Assembly: GCF_016432865.1 (NCBI RefSeq)
Contig: NC_067400.1
Span: 532,580,001 to 532,644,000 of the forward strand
From: Antechinus flavipes
Lineage: Eukaryota
Reading direction: 5' to 3'
DNA length: 64,000 nucleotides
The position numbers were made by a program, and so were the translations under genes. Positions 37,471 through 51,325 of this stretch are shown here, piece by piece. Within the stretch, counting starts at the first letter, position 1; every line of letters begins with the position of its first letter. The notes beneath the pieces are model-generated. The model was not told the origin of the DNA, did not search any database, and saw only the letters and a program-made list of their open reading frames with translations.

Positions 37471-38911
37471 AAGTTGTGTTTTTAAATAAAAGTAGAGGAG
37501 TTAATAATATATCTAAGAAAGTATTCATTAAAAATGGTTATTTAAAATGTTTTGCTGCTTAAGAGGTTCTCTGAAAGTTTTAGAAAGCATAAAATTTACT
37601 ATGTTACAATTTGTGCTTCCTAGAATTTGAAAAAAAACTGTTGGTCTCTATGAAAAATGCAGAGAACATTTTTATGTCTCTTGGCCTCAGTTCATCATTT
37701 TTAAAAGGAAAGAGTTGAGCTGCATATAATTGCTTCTAAGGTCCCTTCTGGCTCTAAAACTATATTCCTATGATGTGTTCTATAGATACTAATTTAAGGA
37801 TGTCACCACCTGTTATGTCTTCACATGGAATATCCTAAAGGCATGTCAGATAAAGGGACACGTTATATTCCTCTCAAAATTGAATCTCCTTCCCATCCTT
37901 CTTATTTCCATTGAGAATACTACCATCTTGTTTCTCTTTAGAAACTTGACATTATTTATCATTGTTCATTTTACTTAATTCTTTAAGATTAAGATCCTAG
38001 ATTTCTAGCTTTATTTCCCACTGCCATTCTAGATATACCATATATTCTAGCCAAATTACATTGGTTTCATACCTTGTGTTTTTATGCTTCCATATTTTTC
38101 AATGGCAATATAGACAAAGGCTATACAAATCCTCTGATACCAAAAAGTCCTACAGAAATGTATAATACCAAGATATATTTTCCTGTCCAAAATGCCTTAT
38201 GCATCTCTCTCTCTCTGAAAAACTACTAATTCTTCAAAGCCTAGATCAAAGGCCCCCTCCTACAATCTCAGAGTTGGAGAGTACTTTAGACGATATCAAG
38301 CACAACATGTATCTAAGTAGGAATATATTCTACAACATTCCTGGAAAGCAGTTAACTTTCTTCACTTGAAGACATCTAGTGGAGATATCACAATCTCTAG
38401 AAGGAGCTCATTCCATTTTTAATTAGCTTTCATTATTAGGAAGGTTTTCCTTAACTGGAGTTGAAATCTGCTTCCTTATAATTTAGAGTCAATGAAAAAG
38501 AGAAGCATAGAATTAAAAAATAAATAACCAGGGAATCTCAGATGTGGAAGAACTTCAGAGGCAATCTAGACCTCATCTATATATAATTGACCAAAAATCT
38601 TCTTTTTCAACCTCATCAACCACTTTTCATTTGGTGTTTGTTTGAAGATCTGTGATGAAGGCCAGTAATAGGTTGGTAAATGTTTAATAACTAGCTCTCA
38701 AAAATTATATCTGTATATACTTTTAAATTTAATTAAGATTAAACTTTTTTCTATAATTTTTTAAATCTATATAAATCAAAAGTAATAAATCAAAGTATGG
38801 TTTGTAGGATTTGCTCATTTGCAAGGTATAAATGGGCATGATGAAAATTTAACAATTAATCTTCAAAGAATATTTAAATCCCAGTATTTTGATAAAAAAA
38901 AAAAAAGAAAA

Positions 38912-39137
38912 TGAATCATGAAATTGGAAGGGCCTTTACTGCCTACTTAATATAATCCAAACCAATACAAATATCCTTCTCATAATGTAACCAAAAGAGA
39001 AATCAAGTCTCTGATTTAAGACCTCTAAGGAGAAGAATTACTTAGCATTATATTTTTTGATAGTTGCAATTTAAAAAAAAGTTCTTTACTTTAGTCCCAA
39101 ATTTGTCCCTTTGTCTCTTTGTGAATTCTTTCATTTG

Positions 39138-39186
<49 letters not shown>

Positions 39187-39430
39187 CCTGAATATGAAGA
39201 AAACCAGTCTAATCCATCTTTCAGGTAACAACCCTTCAAATACAGTGCTCCTCACCATCTACTCTAGACTAAACATACTCAAAGCCTGTCACCATGTTGA
39301 CAACTCTCTGTAGACATTCTCCAGCTTAACCATGTTCTTCTTAAATGTATTCCTGAAGAACTACATGAAATAATCCAAATGTGGTTTGACCATTATGTAG
39401 TATAGTAAGACTATTACTTTAATTTTTAGA
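38912..39430 (-). mobile_element. L3/CR1 3' fragment containing an (AT)22 run at 39141-39185
   Basis: aatcatgaaattggaagggcc... terminus and ccaaatgtggtttgacc motif. Confidence 0.6.
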
Positions 39431-39898
39431 AAATCTACCTCTCTTATCACAGTCCAGCTTCACATTAGCTTTTTTTTTTTGACTAACATTTCACATTATT
39501 GTCTCATTGAATTTGAAATCCACTAAAACTCTCAACTTTTTCTTCATGGAAATTTCTATCTAACTTTACCTTTCTCAAGTTTTAAAAAATTAATTATATT
39601 TTTTTGTTATTAAATACATCCATGTATTCTAATCTGACAATTATTTCCTAGATGATGACTTGGTTAAATAGTGTGTTGGTTTGGTTGCACTTGGTTGAAA
39701 AAGCACTAAACCTGATGTTAAAAAGTCATTAATTCAAATCCTGCATGAGTTTGTTACTAGTTATGTGGCCCTGGACAAGTCCCTTGACTACTGGCTGCCT
39801 CAGTTTGCTCATTGTAGATTGGAGATTTGGAGCATCTAATGCTCAGGATTGTTGGGAAGATCAAATGAAAAAAAAAACATTGATAAGCATTCAATGTT

Positions 39899-40044
39899 AT
39901 TCCTTCCTTTACTCTTTCCCCCTTTTCTTTCATCCTTCCTGCTTTCCTTCCTTTTCTTCCTTTTGCCCCTTCTTTTCTTCCTTTCTTTATTTTTTCTTTC
40001 CTTTCTTCCTTTTCTTCTTCCTTTCTTCTTTCCCCTTCCTTCCC
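39899..40044. repeat. CT-rich polypyrimidine low-complexity tract
   Basis: Direct. Confidence 0.85.
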
Positions 40045-40088
40045 ATTGTTGATAAGATTTGTAAGCTAATCTAATGGCTTACATTAGC

Positions 40089-40700
40089 AATTTGGAATTC
40101 TGACCAAAAGGCAGATAAAAGGCTATAAAACTGTGCATACCCTTTAAAAAGCAGAGCCACTATTAGGTTTGTATCCCAAAGAGATCATAAAAGAGGGAAG
40201 AACATTCACATCAGCAAAAATGCAAATGTCCTATTTGTGATAGAAAAGAAATGGAAAATGCCTGTCAATTGGGGGATGACTGATTAAATTATGGTCTATG
40301 AAAGTAAAGGAATATTATTATTCTATAAGAAATGATGGACAGGTTAATTTCAGAAAAGCCTGAAAAAAACTTATATGATCTAATGCTGAGTGAAGCAAGA
40401 AGAACCAGGGAAGCATTGTATACAGCAACTAAGACAGACTCAGCTTTTCTCAGCAATTCAGTGATTCATGGTAATTCCAATAAACTTTAGATGGAAAATG
40501 CTATCTTCATCCAGAGATAGAACCATGGAGACTGAATGCAGATTGAAGCGTACTTTTCTCACCATTTTTTCCTTCTATTTTTCTTTCTTTCTTATGGTTT
40601 TTCCCTTTTGTTTTGATTTTACTTTTCCAACTTGAGTCATGTGGAAATGTGTAAAAATTTGTAAAGGAATAATCTAAAAAAGAAAATTTAATAATAAAAA
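40089..40700 (+). mobile_element. Diverged L1 3' portion with A-rich tail
   Basis: aaactgtgcatacccttt...gtatcccaaagagatc...gaaatgatggacagg ORF2-end motifs and 3' UTR. Confidence 0.8.
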
Positions 40701-43700
40701 AAAAGAAAATGAATCATGAAATCTGGGACCATGCTAAGAATCAATTCATTATGAATAGAGTCAAAGTCAGCTTTGGGGGGAAGGAAACATTAGCTGAGAT
40801 CAGAGTCTAAAGACAAATATTGTAGTACATTATCCAAATACTATAGTCTATAATCACTAGGTTTCCAGGATAAACCAAGATGAGGTAGGAGTGTATGTGT
40901 GTGAAGGTGGGGGAAAATATTTACATATTGCTTTAACTAGAATGATTATGACTCCACTTTCTTTGGAGGTAGAGGCAGAGACCTAAATACCACATGCAGC
41001 TCTGATTTGTTATACTTTTCATCTGGAAAATTATGTGAAGAATAGTTGAAAGATCTTTTGATTTCAACTCAGACATTAATATTAAGGTCCCTCCCAATAA
41101 AAGCTAATATGTCACTATAGAAAAAAATGTTGGATATTGACTCAAGACATTTAGGTTAAAATTTTGGCTCTCTTATTACTAATGTGACATTAGGCAAGTC
41201 ACTTAAAACCTGGAACTTCAGTCTCTTTATGTGTAAAGTGGATCTGAGGAGACCATGCTCTATTTAGTCCTAAATTTATAATCCCATAATCCTATACATT
41301 TTCTACTAAATAAATGACTGAGACCAAGCCTGTGTACCCTTTCTGAGGTTATTAAGACTTTTGCTATCTACCTTATAGGTGAGAAAAGCCTAGAGAAACA
41401 TAGTTCTTTATAAAAGTTTCTGTTTATATTTTGATTAACAACAAACCAAACTGTGGAAAGTAATAGTTAAAATCATGCTTAATCACCAGTATGAGATTGT
41501 AAAAGTATTCAGTAAGTTTCAGTCCTGCTATAAAATGCAAGTCTTTTCAAAGTCAAAGTTGTATAAAGAACTACATTGTGTGAATTAGAGCAAGAGATGT
41601 AAAGAATCTTGAACTTGTCTGGAAACATAGATAAGAAAGCTGGCACCAGTTTTGGACATACTGGTTGTAAGAACTTGGGCAAGTTGCCTAACTAACATGT
41701 GTCTCAGTTTCCTGATTTATGAAACCAGCATAACTCTGTCCCAGAATTCATATGAGGTAAAGAATTTACAAACCTAGAGGTGATACTGAAATATAAGTTA
41801 TGATTGTAAGCTTCAAAAGAAGCAATCAATAAATCATGGAAAACTATGAAAGGTAAATGGCACCTATTTATCTGACCATCCCTGTTGCTCCAAAACATGA
41901 GCTCATACAGCATCAAAAGTAAAGAGTGCTCTTCATGTACATCTCACTGCTCAGCACATGTAGTTCTTCCTCATACCCATAACACTATCCCACATACACT
42001 CTATGGGGGCATATGTACAGGCTGCTGTTTTGCTGACTCTGTAGCTTAGGCAATTTGTCTAGCACAGAGTCCTGTGGTTTCTCTGGCAGAAACTGAGAAA
42101 AGTGTCAGGGCCGCATCTGCTTTCAGAATGGGCAAAAGCAAAGCAATGTATCTTGGATCCAGAAAGATAGAGATAGTATGTGAGAAAAGAATTCAGCAGG
42201 GCATTTTTAGGAAGAAGACTCATTAGGGTATTTATCACTTTCTGACACAGGTATTATAAATAGCTCATTAAAAGGGTAGAAAGAGTCATCTACATACACA
42301 TATTCAATATTTGCTAATAAGATAAAGTGCGCCATTTAATTAAATGATCATTTTATCATCGGCATTTATCAAAAACCTAGTCTAGGTGCTTCATAAGTTC
42401 TATCTTAGGTACAGAGCACACAAATTAAAAAGGGGGGAAATCCTAGCCTCCTCTCCTATTGAAAGCATTCATAAATTTTAGGAATGAGAAGAGAGCAGGG
42501 GAAAAAAATGGTTTCCTCTGCATATTCCATTATGACTTATTGAACTTTCAACTCCATGAAAGCTGGGACCATATTGATTTTTGTACCACCCTTGGTACTC
42601 ACAGTAGGACTTCGTCCACTTTGAGAACCTAATAAATGACTGTTGAATGATTCACTTGAGCTATTTATCAATGGAACAGAATTCATTAGGTAATGAATTC
42701 CTCATGCTTGAAAATCCTGAGACTGAATAATGATATATCTGAGATGCTGCACAAGAGTATGCTAGAATCTTTTCTAGCATTGTGATTTCCTGATCTCAAT
42801 TATGAATTTTTTTCATTAATTACTGTTTATAGCCTGATAAGTGATAAAATATTTCTTAACCACTAATTTTATCTTACAAATATTTTCAGTGATTTTGGGT
42901 CCTTACTATGAAATTCAAGGTTTTTTTTTTTTTTAAAGTCAGGGTTCCTTAGCCTGATATTCATAAATCAGTCTCTAATCTGCCTTGTCTTATTTCCCTT
43001 CATCTAATTAGACATTTCAGTCAAATGGGACTGCTCACTGGTCCAAATACTTCTTGCCCCTTCTAGCCTTTTCTTATATAATCCCCTATGTTCTCTTCCC
43101 ATCTCTGCCTGTTAAGATTTAACATATTGATTAGTTTAGATGATACCAGGGCCCTGAGATTTTTTCATTTTTCCTAAATGTAAGTTATTTCTTTCATTCA
43201 ATTTGTTATAAGTCTTGAGTTGAACATTTCCTATGCACCTAAAATATGTATAAGATCAATGGTTTTTGTAGTTATTTTGCCTGTCTTGCAAAACTATGTA
43301 TTTTTTGAAGAGAGTTATCATGTCTGGTTCATCAAAAATCCACCACCAAACATAACATCTTGAACATAATAAGTGGATAAAAATATTTGCTAATTTAAGT
43401 AGTCAATCATATCATGAAATTTATTTTAACACATTTTTAAAATATATTCAATGCACATTTAATTTAAATGGGGAGATTCTGTTATAATCCTAAAAATCTA
43501 AGCTGAAGGCTTTCTGACCAAACACTACTTTGTTGAAAAAAAGACTTATAAAATTATTAAAGATATGAAAACACGAAATAAATATATCAATAATATCAAC
43601 TGAAGCTATATTTGGTTCTCTGGTATAGTAATCAGAGAACTAACTGTATTGGAATTCAGAAGACCTGAGTTTTACTCTCTTATTTCACACTATTCCATCT

Positions 43701-45409
43701 GTATGATTTCGGGTAAGTCACTTAATTCAATTCAACAAATATATGTTAAAAATATCTCTCACCTGTTAGGTATTGGAGATACAAAGATGGAATAAAATGT
43801 AGTCTATTTTCTCAAGGAATTTAGAATCTGCTAAAATTGAGAAAATTGAATTGAATTGAAGAACATTAGGGAAGGCTTGATTGGCTTGAAGAAAGTATAT
43901 TAAGAAAATAGTTCACCTGCCAAAGATCAAAAGGGCTTTACAGAAATGGAGAATGTTTTGACAAAAGAGAAAGAGGCAATATTCCATTTAATTTCTCTGA
44001 ATATCAGTTTCATTATACATAAAATAAAATGATTAATTAGTTTATTGCTAAGGTCCCTTCAAGGCCTTTCCCTCTAAAACTATTAATAATTAAGAGTCAA
44101 CAGGAGATGTAATTTTGTTTAGAAGCAAAATCTACAACCAATAGGTTCCCAAAGAGGAGTATTATATAAAAGAAGATTTGTGTATGAAGAAGAGAATTGG
44201 ACTAGATAGGCTGTGAAGGTACTTCCAATTTTAAGCTTTGATCTATGAAGGAAAGTACAATTTATAAAAGTATTAAGTTGGGATCAATGTCCAGAACAGT
44301 AGGATTTGGTGGAGCTTAATGGGGAAGGAGTGGTATTTTTGGAAGAAAGAGGATAGTAATGATGGGATTCTGGATCCTTGGAAAGAAGTTTGTATAGAAG
44401 TTATCAGAAAAGGTCAAGGGAGAGTTGCAACAAAAGGATTGAAAGGACAGGGGATAAAACATTTACTTGACAACCATGCCTAGGACTAAGTCTGTGGTGT
44501 TTCTCTGGGCCTGCAAGTGTTTAAAGTCTAGATTATTTTTTAAACATCTATTCTCATTTTAGCTTTCCATGTGTTCAGAGAGTAAATCATAGTTTCATAG
44601 GATTTAAAGCTAGAAAGATCACCTGGATCTTTCTTCAAGATCACCTAGAAAAATCACTTTTTGCAGATGAGGTTACAGACCCAGAACAGTCAAGTTTAAG
44701 CAGGTTAAGTAGATAAAATGAGGTGTCAAATTCAAGACTAATACCTCGTTTCATTTATCTTCCTTCCCTTACCATGCAGAAATGATATCCAATTTTTAAA
44801 AGTAAGATAGTTATCATAACTATTATTTTGCAATTCCATCACACTAATCAATATATTTCTTAAAAACATTAAAACTTTTTAATTTACATCAAGATACAAC
44901 TCCATAATGACTTACAAAGGAGACAGGCAATTTAAGACTATGTTCTGGTCTGAGCCATGAGAAATTTTGTGTAAAATGTGGCCTTACCACCTGGCAGAGT
45001 GTTAAATTAGTATCAAGAAAGATCTCTGAGGTAATCCAATTAGCTTTTAGTATCTAATTATCAGTTCACAGTAGTTCTTATATTTGGGTAATTGAGAGAT
45101 AAACTAGTTAAAGGATTCAAAGTAGCCATTTTTGAGTACAATTAAGCAAACTATTCTTCTATTATCAACAACAAAAGAGGGCAGATAGTATAGAAAAAGG
45201 ACAAGTCAATTAACTGGCTGAGTTATCTTTGTTTTTGATGGAATTTATTTTAAATCAACATTTACAAAAAATCAAAACCCTCCTCATTTTCTACAAAATT
45301 AAGTGGAGAAGTAACCAAAGTTGGAACCTAAAAATTATCAAATACTTAAGGAGTGACTTTATTTCTTTTGCTTTTTTGCTGTTTTTCTTTTTTTAATAGT
45401 TTTTTTTTA

Positions 45410-45720
45410 ATTTTCAAAAAAATATATAATGATAATTTTCAACATTCACCCTCGGAAAACCTTGTATTCCAAATTTTTCTTCATTTCCCCTCTTCACCCC
45501 CTCCTCTAGACAGCAAGTAATCCAATATATGTTAAATATATAAAATTCTTCTCTACGCATTTCCACATTTATCATGCTACACAAGAAAAAACAGATCAAA
45601 AAAAAAATGAGAAAAAAAACAAAAAGTAAGCAAACAACAATAAAAAAAGGTGAAAACACTATTCTATGATTCACATTCAGTTCCCAAAGTCCTCTTTCAG
45701 GATGCAGAAGGCTCTGTGAG
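45410..45720 (-). mobile_element. L1 3' UTR
   Basis: Same minus-strand 3' UTR motif as at 6420. Confidence 0.75.
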
Positions 45721-45814
45721 TGACTGTATTTCAACACAGTGCATTTAATGATGAAGGTGCTAATATTATGATGGATAAATGGAATGCAGGAAGAAAGGAA
45801 TGAAGGGAGGAGGG

Positions 45815-45944
45815 NNNNNNNNNNNNNNNNNNNNNNNNNNNNNNNNNNNNNNNNNNNNNNNNNNNNNNNNNNNNNNNNNNNNNNNNNNNNNNNNNNNNNN
45901 NNNNNNNNNNNNNNNNNNNNNNNNNNNNNNNNNNNNNNNNNNNN
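45815..45944. other. Assembly gap (130 N) inside a GA-rich tract (~45781-46010)
   Basis: N run flanked by ggaa/gagg repeats. Confidence 1.
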
Positions 45945-46019
45945 GTAGAAAGAGAGGAAAGGAAGGGAGGGAGGGAGGGATAGAAAGAGAGGAAAAGGCA
46001 AAAAGGAAAGAAATAATGA

Positions 46020-46500
46020 GATGTTCATCAATTGTGAAATGGCTGAATAAGATCTGGTATATGGAAGTAATGCAATATTATTGTTCTATTAAAAATGATG
46101 AACAGACTGATTTTAGGAAGACCTGGAAAGATTTACATAAACTGATGCTGAATGAAACAAGTAAACCAAGAAAATATTGTACACAGCAACAGCAAGGTTA
46201 TGCAATGATCAACTATGACGAGTCTTTGTTTTTTCTCAGTAGTTTGGTGAACTAAGGCAATCCAAATAAATTTTTGATGGAAAACATTATGCACATCTAG
46301 AGAGAGAACTATGAGGGCTGAATGAAAATACATGTTATGTTCATTTTTTTCCTTCTGTTTTTTTTTTCCATCATGGTTTTTCCCTTTTGTTCAGATTTTT
46401 CTCTCCCAACATGACTTATATGGAAATATGTAAAAAAATAATATACACAAATAACCAAAAATTTTGTTTTACATGTAACTGGGAAAAACAAAAATTTTAA
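46020..46500 (+). mobile_element. L1 3' end
   Basis: KWLNKIWYMEVMQYYCSIKND ORF2 motif and 3' UTR. Confidence 0.8.
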
Positions 46501-47579
46501 TGAAAAAAGGAAAGGAATAAAAGAGGGACAAAGTAGTATCACTGCAAAGATGCTAATTATTATTTTTGAGGTTTTATGAAATACAATGAGATCTATCCAA
46601 AGGAGAATGTTACATATTCTCTTGAGAGGAGGAGTACCAATAGATGCCTACAAATAAAATATAAAATAGAGTGTGATTGGTACAAAAGAGAAAGTCAGAA
46701 AATGAGCTCTAGCAATACATAAAGAAGGGAAGAAAATTGTCAATTGAGGAGAATCAGGAAAAGTTTAATGGTTTATACAGATAATAAATGGCAGAGATGG
46801 GTTTTGAATCTGTTGCTTCCAGATCAGGTACTCTTTCCATTATACTGTGATGTTGGATAATTATTTCTTCTTTATTTATGCCATGCTCTATTAACTTCTG
46901 TTAGAGTTATTTATAGTTATTCTATATTGATAAATATACAAGCATTTATTAAACATATGCTAAACTTCTCAAAATACATTGTTTTCTATCTTTATTTGCT
47001 AGCTTCCCAGCCTATGTTTCTCTATCCTACATTTGGTATCATCCATTCCAGGGAAATTTCACTTCCAAAGGTCACCAATGACTTATTCATTAGGAAATGC
47101 AATGTTTTGGGTTGTTTTTCCTCCCTTCGATTCTGTGATCTTTCTCCATAATTTAACATTACTTTTTTGGAATAGTGAGTCCCTGTACTATACTGATTTT
47201 CTTATCTTTTTATTTCTATTTCTTCCCATGAATAAATGTCAAGAATTATTTACTAAATACCCACAACATATAGAGGGCATGGGAAGCAGTGTATTTATTA
47301 TAATAGAGAGCTGATGTTAGACTCAACAAGATCTGGGTTCAAGTCTGCCTTCAATACTTATTAACTGTAATCCTGAGCAAATCATTTAACCATATCTTAG
47401 GTAAATAAGCTTCTTTAGAAGTTGTACATCTATACTGATAAAGTGAGTTTTCTCATTGGAAGAACCCAATTAGAATGAAATCATCGATTCCCCTATTTTC
47501 ATGTGCAAAATACTAGGTTTTGTGGAAGGTAAACTCATTATGGCATAGTTTTTTTTTTTTTTTTTATTGAACTCATTAT

Positions 47580-47775
47580 CATTCAGTCATTTCCTTTGGG
47601 TTTGACTCATTGTGACTTTGAGGCTTGCAATGGCTTACCAAATCCTTCTCCACTCATTTTATAGATGAGGAACTGGGGCAAAGAGTGTTAAGTGACTTGT
47701 CCAGAGCCACACAGCTAATAAGTGTCTGAGGACAGATTTAAAGTCAGGAACATGATTCTTCCCAACTCTAGATCT
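47580..47775 (-). mobile_element. Mar1-like CORE-SINE
   Basis: RTE-type tail (gcaatggcttaccaaatccttctcc) plus core. Confidence 0.7.
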
Positions 47776-47888
47776 CATTCACTTTTTATACCAACTCATT
47801 TAACACATTCACACATATACATTCTCTGGTACTTTTATTTAACTGTTAATTGATTGGACGCCATATCTTCTCAACTAGACCCCTGGAG

Positions 47889-48097
47889 CAGAACTTCATA
47901 AATTTTTGTACCATGGGTCCCTTTGATGATTTAATGAAGCCTACAGATACCTTATCAAGATAATATTTGTTGCTTATATTCATAATTGTGTCAACTATTA
48001 AAACTCAGACATTAATGCAAATAAAAATGTATTTTTTTCCTCATCCAAGTTCACAATCCCCCTGAGGAACTGGTTGATCCAAGGTTAAGAATCCCTG
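47889..48097. mobile_element. hAT-Charlie non-autonomous element
   Basis: Ends ggttaagaatccctg; degenerate 8-bp TSD ccctggag / ccttagaa (mismatches are all transitions). Confidence 0.65.
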
Positions 48098-48499
48098 CCT
48101 TAGAAAGAAAAGATATCTTCCATTTCTTTGAATTCCTGCACAAACTGTTATATCTAGAATAGGAGCTCCACATACGATTTCTGAATGAATGATTGAATGA
48201 ATAGGTTTATTTGAGCAATTAACCAATTAACATTTTTTGAGCTCCCACTGGCTGCCAGTTTCTTCCTCAAAACCTGCAGGTGATAGTTTTGTACTAACTT
48301 TGAATTAAATATATAGTGAGTACAAAGAATAAATTGAAAGAAACTTCAATGGATAATATCTAAGGACCTACTATGTATACACTGTTGTGTTTAAAAACTG
48401 GAAGAAAACAAAATCAATGAAACACATTTATCCTTTTGAAACGTAAGGCTTTAGCAGGGAGAAATAAGACATATATCTGAAGAAACTCTTAAAAAGCAT

Positions 48500-48745
48500 A
48501 TGTGTTGTTTATTTGCTTCTTTTTCTCTTCTCATTTTTCCCATTTTGATCTGATTTTTCTTGTGCAACATGGTAAATGTGGAAATATGTTTAAAAGGATT
48601 GCATATAGACATGCACTATATTTGATTACTTGCTGTCTAGGGAAGGGGGAGTAGGAAAAGAGTGACAAAAATTTGGAACACAAGGTTTTGCAAAGGGAAT
48701 GTTAAAAACTATCTTTGTATGTGTTTTGAAAAATAAAAAAGCTAG
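48500..48745 (+). mobile_element. L1 3' UTR
   Basis: Ends gaaaaataaaaaagct. Confidence 0.7.
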
Positions 48746-48758
48746 TATTATAAAAATA

Positions 48759-48925
48759 GAGGCAGCTAGGTGGTGCAGTGGATAGGGCACCAGCCCTGAA
48801 GTAAGGAGGACCTGACTTCAAATCTGGTTTCAGATCCTTAACACTTTCTAGCTGTGTGACCCTGGGAAAGTCACTTAACCCTAATTGCTTCAGCAAAAAT
48901 AATAAAAATAAATAAATAAAATAAT
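48759..48925 (+). mobile_element. Full-length WSINE1-like SINE with A-rich tail
   Basis: gaggcagctaggtggtgcagtggatagggcaccagccctgaagt...ccctaattgcttcagcaaaaat. Confidence 0.88.
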
Positions 48926-50179
48926 TTTTTTTCAAAAAAGTACGGTATGATAAGAAAAGAACAAATCTAAAGAAAAATCATTCTGATCTAACCAAAAATA
49001 TCAGGACACAGAAAAAGGAGCATTTAAGTTAATCCTTGAAGGGAGATTAGCCTTGAAACAGTTTAGATGCGTCAGATTGCTATGGCAGAGGATGGATCAA
49101 GAGTAGGGAATGATAAAGAATATAAAAATTGCATGTTGTGTACCAGGGATGAGTGATTCTAGAATGGCTTTGAGTACTGTTTATTCTGCCCAACAAAGAA
49201 TCTTATTAGAAAACCTAGAAAAATTTTGATGCTGTATCCTACTTTTTCTTTTAAACAGAACCTGGACTATCATCAAGGTTAGCTATTGATGTTGAACCAA
49301 TTACCCTCATTGATTTTTAGCACAAACACTTGGAATGTTCTTCTCTAGAATCTTGGGTTGTCTTGTTCTCTGGGTTAAAGTAATTTGTTCATGTTACAGG
49401 AGAATTGCCTAAAGTTAAAACAAACAAAAACTGTCTTTCTTTAAGGAAAGATAGAAACAGTGACTGATTAAATATTTTTCTGCCAACAAAGCAATCATAT
49501 TCTCTTAGACTATGGGGGTCTTTGGAAAAGGATAAGTTTATTAAATAGCCTTCTTAAAAAACAAAGACAATTAGTTTTAGCAATATAAATAGACATATTT
49601 ATCAAGTACATTGTGTTTTTTTTTGCTAGAATGAGAATTGCCATGAAATTCAAATCATTTTTTCCATTTTGCATATAATAGGATCCTCAAAATATTGGGT
49701 ATTTATGATAAAATGGACTTAGGCCATAAAAGAATAGTAGCAGTTTCTGTTTCCCTCAAAGAATTGTGGAATATAAGATATAGATATGACCTTAGAGATT
49801 GTCCATCTTCCCTCCCTCAATTTCCATTTTGTACAGGGAAGTAAATAAGGCTTAGAGAGAAATGTCTTGCTCAAAGTCACACAGCTAGTGCATGGAAAAG
49901 CTTAGCCTTGGACCCCAGATTTCTTGATTTCCAATGAAATAATATTTCATTACATTCATATTCCATAACTTGTTTAGCCATTTCCCAACTGATGGCATAC
50001 AAAGATTTTTGTACATATGGGTCCTTTCCCCTTTTTTATGATCTCTTTGAGATACAGACCCCATAGAGATATTCTAGCATTATTTCCACTATAATATATT
50101 GCCTCTAAGTTGGCAAATAAGGTTGGAGCCAGGTTAAGGAGGGTCCTAAAGTTAGACTAAGTTATACTTTAAGACCTTG

Positions 50180-50370
50180 TTCTTAATCATTTTTCAGTCA
50201 TGCCCTCCTTGGGCAGCCAGTAAGGTGAAGCCTATGAGATTCTTTTTAGAATCTTGTTATTAAGTAACTAAATAAAATAAATATATAGGTTTACTAATGA
50301 AATCAATTATGTTGAAATATAGTTATCAAAATTTTTTTCAAAGCTAAACAGGAATCCCAGATTAAGAGCT
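50180..50370. mobile_element. hAT-Charlie fragment related to 47889-48097
   Basis: Shared ggtgaagcctatg and cccagattaagag termini-like motifs. Confidence 0.45.
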
Positions 50371-50669
50371 TACCTGATTTTTCTGTATCCTAATCCATTT
50401 ATACTCTTCTGGGTAGAGGGTATATTATACAAAGTGTATCATAATTTTCTGGTAAAAATTTACATATATGTATATATATCTTTTAGGTTTTATCTACTAC
50501 TTCATTTGATTCTTATAACAGTGAAGAACTATAGAACTATTAGACAACTAGTAAGCTTCTTAGGCAGAATTCAAAACTATGTCTAATTAACATCATGTTC
50601 CAGCACTCTATTGGGGGGGGGTATAAATATTCACACACAGATTAGTAAGTATAAAATACTTTGAAGTAA

Positions 50670-51325
50670 CCTTTGACCCAACAGTGCCTCTATTGAAATT
50701 GTAACCCATGTTTGTTTGTAGCAGTCTTTTTTGTAGTGTAAAGGAACTGGAAACTAAGTGGATGCCCATCAGTTGAAGAATGGCTAAATAAATTATGGTA
50801 TATGACTGTTATGGAATATTATTGTTCTATAAGAAATGATCAGCAGGATGATTTCAGAGAGACCTGGAGAGACCTACATGAATGATACTAAGGGAAGTGA
50901 CTAGAACTAAGAGAACATTGTACTTGGCAACAACAAGATTACGCAATGATCAATTCTGGTGGGCGAGGCTCTTACCAACTGTGAGGTGATTCAGGCCAAT
51001 TCCAATAGATTTTTGATGGAGAGAGTCATCTGCATCCAGAAAGAGGATGTAGGGATTTGAATGCAGATCACAACATAGTTTTTTTTCACCTTTTTGTTGC
51101 TATTTGCTTACTTTTTGTTTTCTTTCTCATTTTTTTTTCCTTTTTGATGTGATTTTTCTTGTACTGCATGATAAATGTGGAACTATGGATAGAAAATTGC
51201 ACATGTTTAACACATATTGAATTATTTGCTTTCTAGGGGGAGGAGGAATTAGGGAGGGAGGGAGAAAATGCAAGCATGACTTAAAAACTATCTGTACATA
51301 TTTTGAAAATAAAAAGCAATTATTA
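50670..51325 (+). mobile_element. L1 3' portion
   Basis: ggaactggaaactaagtggatgcccatc... ORF2 end, 3' UTR, aaaataaaaagc. Confidence 0.8.

Noticed and set aside
42679-42700. 22-bp palindrome gaattcatta-gg-taatgaattc
   Set aside because: About one AT-rich 10-bp-arm palindrome is expected by chance in a window this size.
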